Assembly: GCA_032718475.1 (NCBI GenBank)
Contig: JAUCBJ010000076.1
Location: 1-50,301 of the forward strand
Direction: 5' to 3'
DNA: 50,301 nucleotides
Source of the DNA: Nemertoderma westbladi
Lineage: Eukaryota; Animalia; Xenacoelomorpha
Below are positions 26,373 to 34,787 of this stretch, piece by piece (within the stretch, counting starts at the first letter, position 1; every line of letters begins with the position of its first letter). The translations under genes and the position numbers were made by a program. The notes below the pieces were generated by a model that was not told where the DNA came from, did no database searches, and saw nothing but the letters and a program-made list of their open reading frames with translations.

Positions 26373-26573
26373 TTCACCCAATCCTCATCAGCCACAGTTC
26401 TCTATTCTGCATTCCTAATGTCTTTACCTGGAGTTCCATTGAGGTTAATCGTGTCCAGATATCACCTAGCACAACTACAATTTCATGTCTCTGAAGGAGG
26501 TTTCGTGGGGTCAAATTCCCCCCGCTTTAGCCTCTTCTTGCAAGATGCAGTTATCACACCATTTTCGTATGAC

Positions 26574-27480
26574 GTACAGTGTACCGAGAAGAGGAAAGTA
26601 AACAAGTATATTGTACAATAGGAAAGTACACAAGTATTTTTTTTTTAAGTACACAAGTATAGTACAGTGTACGGAGAAGAGGAAAGTACACAAGTATAGT
26701 ACAGTAGGAAAGTACACAAGTATAGTACAGTAGGAAAGTACACAAGTATAGTACAGTGTACTGTACAGAGAAGAGGAAAGTACACAAGTATAGTACAGTG
26801 TACGGAGAAGAGGAAAGTACACAAGTATAGTACAGTAGGAAAGTACACAAGTATAGTACAGTAGGAAAGTACACAAGTATAGTACAGTAGGAAAGTACAC
26901 AAGTATAGTACAGTAGGAAAGTACACAAGTATAGTACAGTAGGAACGTACACAAGTATAGTACAGTAGGAAAGTACACAAGTATAGTACAGTAGGAAAGT
27001 ACACAAGTATAGTACAGTAGGAAAGTACACAAGTATAGTACAGTAGGAACGTACACAAGTATAGTACAGTAGGAAAGTACACAAGTAGTACAGTGTACAG
27101 AGAAGAGGAAAGTACACAAGTATAGTACAGTACGAGAGTACACAAGTATAGTACAGTAGGAAAGTACACAAGTATAGTACAGTAGGAAAGTACACAAGTA
27201 TAGTACAGTAGGAAAGTACACAAGTATAGTACAGTAGGAAAGTACACAAGTAGTACAGTGTACAGAGAAGAGGAAAGTACACAAGTATAGTACAGTACGA
27301 GAGTACACAAGTATAGTACAGTAGGAAAGTACACAAGTATAGTACAGTAGGAAAGTACACAAGTATAGTACAGTAGGAAAGTACACAAGTATAGTACAAT
27401 GAACAGAGAAGAGGAAAGTACACAAGTATAGTACAGTAGGAAAGTACACAGGTATAGTACAGCAGGGAAGTACACAAATA
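26574..27480 (+). repeat. Splice-donor satellite block B (37-bp units mixed with the 26-bp deletion derivative AGTACAGTAGGAAAGTACACAAGTAT)
   Basis: Same family as 10438-10641. The donor GT is not retained (mostly GAAAGT). Confidence 0.97.
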
Positions 27481-30400
27481 TTTTTTTTTTTAGACTGCTT
27501 AGTGCTTTTTTTTTAATGACAAACTAGACAAATATAAATATAAAAGTTATAAAAAATAAGAAAAACCTCACCCACCACCAGGCTACTATACAATGTTGCT
27601 TGGCTAAGAATTGTGGTTAATTGTAGTGCGCGCAGGAATTTCAAAATTAGTTTATGCTTGTATCAGCATTTGCCAACCGGATAGAGGCTTGAGCGATGTC
27701 CTGATATATGCCTGCAGGGCCTTTACGGGCGGACCTAGAGCCGCGGACGCACATGAGCGAGGCCCTCAACAAGGCGACAACTCAACCAGTTGCCGTCGCA
27801 CCCAGTTCACACATTCACTATATGGCGTCTCGCGCCTTTCCGCCAACTTGGAAGCGAGATGCTTCACAAACAGCGTTGTAGTGGGCGAGTGCAAGATACC
27901 GAAGCGTGTGCGAAAATATGAGGGGTGTAAACATCGCAAGTTCGCCCTCCCTGATCCGTTCCTGATATTTATTCCATTTCCGGTTCTCGTTGAACAGATG
28001 GGTGGCGTCAGGTTCCATAGCTGTGTTCATTGGGGTGAGGGGATTGAAAACTGAGACGTCAATAAACGTCTTCTGGAATTGACTCCCCCAGAAACCGGAA
28101 ACTGAGACATCCAGCCGGGCTTGTTGGTCAACAGAGGTGGACGCGCGGTTAAACTGCTCGCTGGTAATTGGCAGCAGGTGCGGCTCGATGGTGACGTTGT
28201 GGACAACTTCCGTTAGGGTGGAGGCAACGAAATCTCGCAATTCAGGGAGCGAATCGACAGATAACCGCTGGTGGGACAGGACAAGAAATGGTTGGTTGAA
28301 AATCTTGTCCCACAGGCACAATGGGCGGGAAGCGATCAGGTTGCCACCCATAACGTAGACACAAGGCGTCACGAAACTCCTCCTTACTGAAAGGGCGTCG
28401 AGGAGGGTTATTGGACACGCGTTTAGCCAGGCCAAGGCGCCAGTGGGTTCAGCAACCAACACCATCAACTTCTGTTGATGTACAGGTAAGTGGCTGCTGG
28501 CTGTTTCTACTTTAATTTTGATTTGTTCCACGGCGCTGGCCTTTATTCTGGTTGCGATCTGTCGCTGCGACTCCTTTATGGCTCCCAGTGTTTCGAGGTT
28601 GGTGTACGGTTCACATATCCACCTAGAATTATTATGTTCACTTTCTAGCTCTGTAGGTGTTGGGATGGTCAATCCTCCATGGCGTACCGGTAGCGAGAAC
28701 AGTTTGCGCTCCGAGGGCGATATACTGGGGTGGTTTGTAAATCCATGTAGGAACTGGATAACAGATTCTTCGAGTTTATAAAGAACTCCATTGCTCCAGG
28801 GACAACTCATGCAACAAACCTCCATCGTGCGACCAATCTGACAGCCAGTCCCACATATGCGCAGTGTGGGTCGATTGTCGCCACCTCGCTGAGTCGCTGT
28901 ATCTGGGCAACAAACTCATCAACTTTTGACTGGACAGAGTCCTCCCGGAACTCATCTGTCCCGATTACCCCACCGGAACATCCATCGAGCCTCCTCCCAC
29001 CTCTCCGGCTTCACCAACAGATGGCACTTCTTCGGATTATATCCGTATAGTGGCCCCCGCCGCGCCAGGCACTCCCAGAACTTCCTGAGATCCACCAGTA
29101 AACTCGCTGCATTCGCATCTTCGGCGTACCACTTCTGCAGGGCTCTGGATGCGTTGACCAACTCACCGATTAACGGGAGCATCCTCATAGCATACATGGG
29201 CATAGCAATGGAGTCACCCTGGGTCGATCCTTCCACCGATAGGATATACTCTCCACCGATATAAAGCTTTGTTGGCAGAGAGTAACAGTTCGACACGATA
29301 GTGTGGAGGGATGGACAGACACGGCGGATGTTGTGGATGGCAGCTGCTCGGTTGAACGAATTGAACGCATTATTTGCATCCACCTGGAGCACAGCCTCGC
29401 AGTCATCAGTAGCGAACACGTTGTTGAGGCTGTGTATGGCATGCTCAATTCCCGCCTTCTGGCTGCAGCAGAGCTGGGTGGTACCGGCGACAGTCTGGAG
29501 ATTATCAGAGATACACTGGACTATCGATTTTCCGATGACCCTCCATAACACCTCACCGATCCCGATTGGGTGGACCCCTGGACATTTATCGATTGCGATC
29601 AATCAGGCCGATAGCAGAGATGACAGTTCAACTGGGTTGATCTCAGACTGAGCCATCTTCTTAGCCGTATTGGCGATACCGAGTTATGATATGTTTCCAC
29701 CCTTGTACATCAAGTCCCGATGGTCCCACTGTGGTACCCTGAAAACGCAGGAACATCAACTGGATTAGCTGTGCGTCAATTCGCTTGAAGATGACGTTCT
29801 GGAATTCAGGGGCGTGGTCGAAAAAGTCCAGTAGAGTCGAATTATCAGCCGGAGTTGGTGCCAGGTGTTTATCCAGCAGAAACTCACGAACTGATTTCTT
29901 GACCACATGTTTATCTCTCATAATCTCGTCGAGGTTGAAGATATGTAGGAGTCGGGCCATCTCCTGGACGACCTCTCTTCCGACAGCGCCGAGGGGTAGG
30001 AGGAATAAATTGGGACGCCAATGTACTATCGCCTCATGGACCCTGTGGAGTGTGGATGGTCTGTGTAAACTGTTCCAGTTGAAAGTTAACCCCATACCAG
30101 GTTATTGATGTTGGTCTGTGTCCTGTGGAGACACCAGTTGGTGGTGCCCCGGAATGTGGTGACCCTGTTTCTGGTGACCCCGCGTGTGGTGCCCCCATCT
30201 GTGGTGCCTCTGGCTGTGGTGCCCCCAAATGTGGAGCCCCGGACTGTGGTGATGGTGACCCCACCTGTGTTGCCCTGGGCTGTGGTGACCCTGCCTGTGT
30301 TGCCCCAGGCTTTGGTGCCCCCATCTGTGGTGACCCCGTGTGTGGTGCCCCCACCTGTGGTGCCTCTGGGTGTGGTCACCCCATCTGTGGTGCCCCCAAC

Positions 30401-31250
30401 TGTGGTACCCCGGACAGTGGTGCCCCAGACTGTGGTGACCCCTGCTGTGGTGCTCCCATATGTGGTGCCCCTGTGTGTGGTGCACCCGTCTGTAGAGTAC
30501 CCGACTGTTGTGCCCCCGTATGTGGTGCCCCAGACTGTGGTGCCCTGGACTGTGGTGACCCAGACTGTGTTGCCCACGACTGTGGTGCCCCCCTGTGTGG
30601 TACACCCGACTGTAGGGCACCGAAAGTGGCAGTATGAAAGATAACGCCCTCAGCCAACGACTCCGCAGCAGAGATTGTCTCGGGACTCAAGTGCAAACTC
30701 TTGAAAGGATAGCATTGGCCCTCTCTCGCGCCGCACCCAGAGACCAAACTGAAGAGTTCCACATTCCTGACGGACTGGCGGTAAGCGGAGACACACTGGC
30801 GATCGGAGGTCCACCCAATAAAATTTCGTCCAGTAAAGTTTCGTCAGCTAGACTTTCTGATGCGACGCATGGGTTAACCGGCTGAGAGGCTGACCTTGGG
30901 GAAAAAGTGGATTCATTGTGGCGATCCGGTAAAGGTTGAGAGTAAGGGTGCCGGCAGTTCTCACAATTACCATTTCTTCCTGGGGCACACGTTATGCAGT
31001 GTACATCATTCCTGATGCATACACATTTTTTGCAGCGCCTGGACTTTCCGTTGCAGCCGCAGCAAGCAGCCATCCTAAAGCCTTCAAAAGCGACGTGTAA
31101 ACTCGCAGAGGGAAGCGAGACAACCCGGAATCAACAATAAGGCGCCACGCAGTCTGGCAGTTATCAATAGGGTGAATGTATTGTCAGTCAGGCCTTTGCT
31201 AGCGAAGTCACAAAGGCATACATGTTGTAATTGTACTCCTGTTACATTAC
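27481..31250 (-). mobile_element. CRE-clade non-LTR retrotransposon (RT + restriction-like endonuclease), near full length, degenerate
   Basis: ORF starts at 31073 with a Cys-rich motif, then IVHWRPNLFLLP and GPSGLD. RT motifs IAIDKCPGVHPIGIGEVLWR, DANNAFN, EGSTQGD, WYAED, GPLYGY; then SLPVRHGGL; RLE region ARLDVSVSGFW...FIDVSVFNP...ENRKWNKY...FTPLIFS. The poly(A) tail appears as T11 at 27481-27491. Several frameshifts and stops. Confidence 0.92.
30138..30630 (-). repeat. 15-bp coding tandem repeat inside the CRE ORF (GAPQS/GSPQS pentapeptides)
   Basis: Plus-strand unit TGTGGTGCCCCNNNC, about 30 degenerate copies, between the Cys-rich N-terminus and the pre-RT region. Confidence 0.9.
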
Positions 31251-31603
31251 AGTGCACAAGTATAGTACAGTAGGAAAGTACATAAGTATAGTACAGTGTA
31301 CAGAGAAGAGGAAAGTACACAAGTATAGTACAGTGTACAGAGAAGAGGAAAGTACACAAGTATAGTACAGTGTATGGAGAAGAGGAAAGTACACAAGTAT
31401 AGTACAGTAGGAAAGTACACAAGTATAGTACAGTGTACAGAGAAGAGGAAAGTACACAAGAATAGTACAGTGTATGGAGAAGAGGAAAGTACACAAGTAT
31501 AGTACAGTGTATGCAGAATAGGAAAGTTCACAAGTATAGTACAGTCGGGAAGTACACAAGTATATTACAGTGTACAGAGAAGAGGAAAGTACACAAGTAT
31601 AGT
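31251..31603 (+). repeat. Splice-donor satellite block C (between the two CRE copies)
   Basis: 37/26-bp units AGTACAGTGTACAGAGAAGAGGAAAGTACACAAGTAT. Confidence 0.97.
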
Positions 31604-33252
31604 TTGTCGAACTCCAGAAGATCTGGGACATTGACTCCGTTAGGGGGCCTCTCACGGTTACTATCCGACAAAATGCTCCCTTGTTGTAAAACCGGAAAAC
31701 TCCAGGAAGCGAAGGTAATGTTCGCGGACACCAATTTTTCAGTCGACTCGGTTGGAAACAAACTCCTGGGAGGTGTTATCGGCACCGAGGTGTTCCGTAA
31801 CAACTTCATCGAACAAAAAGCCGAGGAGTTCGTCGTAGATGTGGATCGACTCGCTACCATCGCCGCTGTTGATCCACATTGCGCATATGCCAGACTGGCA
31901 TTCGGTCTGTCCTGTCGGTGGCGGTTTCTGGTGCGTGTTGTCCCTGGAGCCACTGACAGATTTGGTGGTCTGGAGGAGTCCATAGGGAGGTGTCTGTGCC
32001 GGATATTTGACTGCCCAGCAATAACACCAGTAGAACCGCAACTGATGTCGCTTCCGGTTCGCGATGGTGGGCTAGGGATTCCTGTACCAGCTGATCTACA
32101 GCCCCAGTACGAATATTCCTGGAGGATTTGCGAACCGTTTGCCTCCTTAGAAGGTGAGTATATGGCAGTGGTGAGAGAGGGGCAGACACACATACCCAAG
32201 TTAGTAGCCACCTATTCATCAGTTGTAGCGAAAGCTAAAAAGTTTTGACCAACATAATTTGGTTATATTAACTACCGAAAAAGGTGCATCTGCATGGTTA
32301 AACACCAAACCACTCACACTGCACGACACTCACCTGTCCAAAGGAGAGTTTAGGGATGCTGTTTGTCTCCGCTATGGTTGGTCGCTGAAGAACCTACCAT
32401 CTCGTTGTGTTTGCGGGTCCCGATTTTCTGCAACCCACGTTCTGTCGTGTCCCACTGGAGGTTTCACCTCCATCAGATACTACAAGATCCGCGATTTTGT
32501 CACCGACACCCTAACCAAGGTGGCACACAATGTGGCAGTCGAACCGATGCTCCAACCACTAACGGGGGAGTCCTTCTCCCTCCGCACCACCTCGACGGAC
32601 CAGCAGGTGAGCGGATTCTGGGGCAATCGCTACCAGAATATTTTCATCGACGTGTCGGTGTTCAACCCGCTGGCGGACACCAACGCGGCGATGTCGATTG
32701 AAGCCGCTCATCTCCACCACGAGGCGAGGAAGTGCTGGAAATATGAGGAGATATTACGCGAGGTGGAACACTCCACCTTCACTCCCTTAATCTTCTCTGC
32801 TTTCGGCGGAAAGGCACCAGCTGCCCATCAGTTTGTCAAACGACTGGCGGTGAAGTTATACGACAAACGGCAGGTTCCCTATCCAATGTGTGCCTCACGG
32901 GTACGTCGGCGAATCAGTTTCTCCCTCCTCAGGTCGTCCTTAATGTGTTTATGCGGGTACCTTTCAGCTGCTAGGCGACTGGTGTGGGAGGCAGTCATCA
33001 ACTCATCGATCTGGTTGGCTAATGCGGACTCAGACCCTGGGGTGGTGGCGCAGTTCGGTAGGGTGGGGTAACAGTAGTATGCTCCATACACCATAGAGAC
33101 TGTTTCTGTGTTGGGGGCGGGCAAAGGAATTCATTTTAAATTTCCCTTGTACATTGGTTGCTTAGTAACGTCAGCTGGTGATGGGTATTGTTTAACATTA
33201 ACGTTTTATTATCTATGTGAATAAATGAGACTTATGAGGTTTATTGAAAAAA
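31604..33252 (+). mobile_element. Second CRE-clade retrotransposon, 5'-truncated (RT thumb to RLE, 3' UTR), diverged from the first copy
   Basis: LLGGVIG, DPHCAYA, SLPVRDGGLGIP, EKGASAWL, EFRDAVCLRYGW, zinc knuckle CVCG...HVLSCPTGG, VEPMLQPL, GFWG...FIDVSVFNP, EARKCWKYEE, FTPLIFS. Short A-tail at 33247-33252. Confidence 0.92.
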
Positions 33253-33312
33253 GAATAGTACAGTGTATGGAGAAGAGGAAAGAGTATAGTATAGTATAAG
33301 AGGTAAGTACAT
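33251..33312 (+). repeat. Splice-donor satellite block D (terminal; last unit retains AAGAG|GTAAGTAC)
   Basis: ATAGTACAGTGTATGGAGAAGAGGAAAG... then TAAGAG GTAAGTACA (GT at 33303), running into unique AT-rich sequence. Confidence 0.8.
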
Positions 33313-33734
33313 ATTTTTAACGTTCGTATATGAATGAATATACGTACTATTATTTTTAGTATTATTTCAATCCGGTATAAGGCTCTTGCAGATTTACTTA
33401 GTAAAAGTGATGGATGTACTAGTAATTGCACTTGCACATTAATAAACATATGCATAGGTATGTAATAATTTAACAAATCTAATATACATATTGAGGTAAA
33501 ATAGCATACTTTAAAAAAATATATAAATAGGGCCCGACTTAGCCATAAAAACAGATGCATCTGCTAACATATTATCTGATATAATAATACGTAGTTTATA
33601 TGCCATTTAATATGTGTTATTTAAATAATCAAAAAGTGCGATATAAAATTTAAGTTTATTCTTGGTGTTAAAGAAGGCGAAGTACTGTACGTTTGGGCAC
33701 AGTGGCAGCATATGATGGGTCTATCTTTTTACCT

Positions 33735-33806
33735 GAGCCGCTAGCTGAATGGTTAGAGCGTTAGACTTCCAACCCGGAGGTCACAAATTCGATCCCGCAT
33801 GGACGT
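33735..33806 (+). pseudogene. tRNA-like sequence (anticodon-loop position TCC, Gly-like); pseudogene or SINE head
   Basis: A box TAGCTGAATGG, loop CTTCCAA, variable region AGGTC, degenerate B box AATTCGATCCC. Stems are poorly paired. Confidence 0.6.
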
Positions 33807-33922
33807 CTTTGCCGACTTTGCAAAGCTGTGCCCAACAAAAGTTATAATAAAATTTAAGTGGCTTATTGTAGTTAGTTAGTTGTTTTATTGACCAATCCGG
33901 GTTGAGAATTATACAAAAATAG

Positions 33923-34787
33923 TAAACAATATATGGTTGCACGGATTAGTCCAACTTAGCACAAATACCAAATACATTCCATAAACACAATATATGGTTG
34001 CACGGATTAGTCCAACTTAGCACAAATACCAAATACATTCAATAAACACAATATATGGTTGCACGGATTAGTCCAACTTAGCACGAATACCAAATACATT
34101 CAATAAACACAATATATGGTTGCACGGATTAGTCCAACTTAGCACGAATACCAAATACATTCAATAAACACAATATATGGTTGCACGGATTAGTCCAACT
34201 TAGCACGAATACCAAATACATTCAATAAACACAATATACGGTTGCACGGATTAGTCCAACTTAGCACGAATACCAAATACATTCAATAAACACAATATAT
34301 GGTTGCACGAATTAGTCCAACTTAGCACGAATACTAAATACATTCAATAAACACAATATATGGTTGCACGGATTAGTCCAACTTAGCACAAATACCAAAT
34401 ACATTCAATAAACACAATATATGGTTGCACGGATTAGTCCAACTTAGCACAAATACCAAATACATTCAATAAACACAATATATGGTTGCACGGATTAGTC
34501 CAACTTAGCACAAATACCAAATACATTCAATAAACACAATATATGGTTGCATGGATTAGTCCAACTTAGCACAAATACCAAATACATTCAATAAACACAA
34601 TATATGGTTGCACGGATTAGTCCAACTTAGCACAAATACCAAATACATTCAATAAACACAATATATGGTTGCACGGATTAGTCCAACTTAGCACAAATAC
34701 CAAATACATTCAATAAACACAATATATGGTTGCATGGATTAGTCCAACTTAGCACAAATACTAAATACTTTCAATAAACACAATATA
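33923..34787. repeat. 61-bp minisatellite, ~14 copies (TAAACACAATATATGGTTGCACGGATTAGTCCAACTTAGCACAAATACCAAATACATTCAA)
   Basis: ATATGGTTGC recurs at 33931, 33992, 34053 and onward (period 61); units are nearly identical. Confidence 0.97.

Noticed and set aside
26511-27477. Hydrophobic, Cys/Tyr-rich ~300-aa ORFs in all three minus frames (also 31084-31655)
   Set aside because: Antisense reading of the 26/37-bp satellite; all three frames cycle through the same peptides.
30125-30637. Keratin-associated or metallothionein-like Cys-rich protein on the plus strand
   Set aside because: It is the antisense of the repeat linker within the minus-strand CRE ORF, with no independent gene signals.
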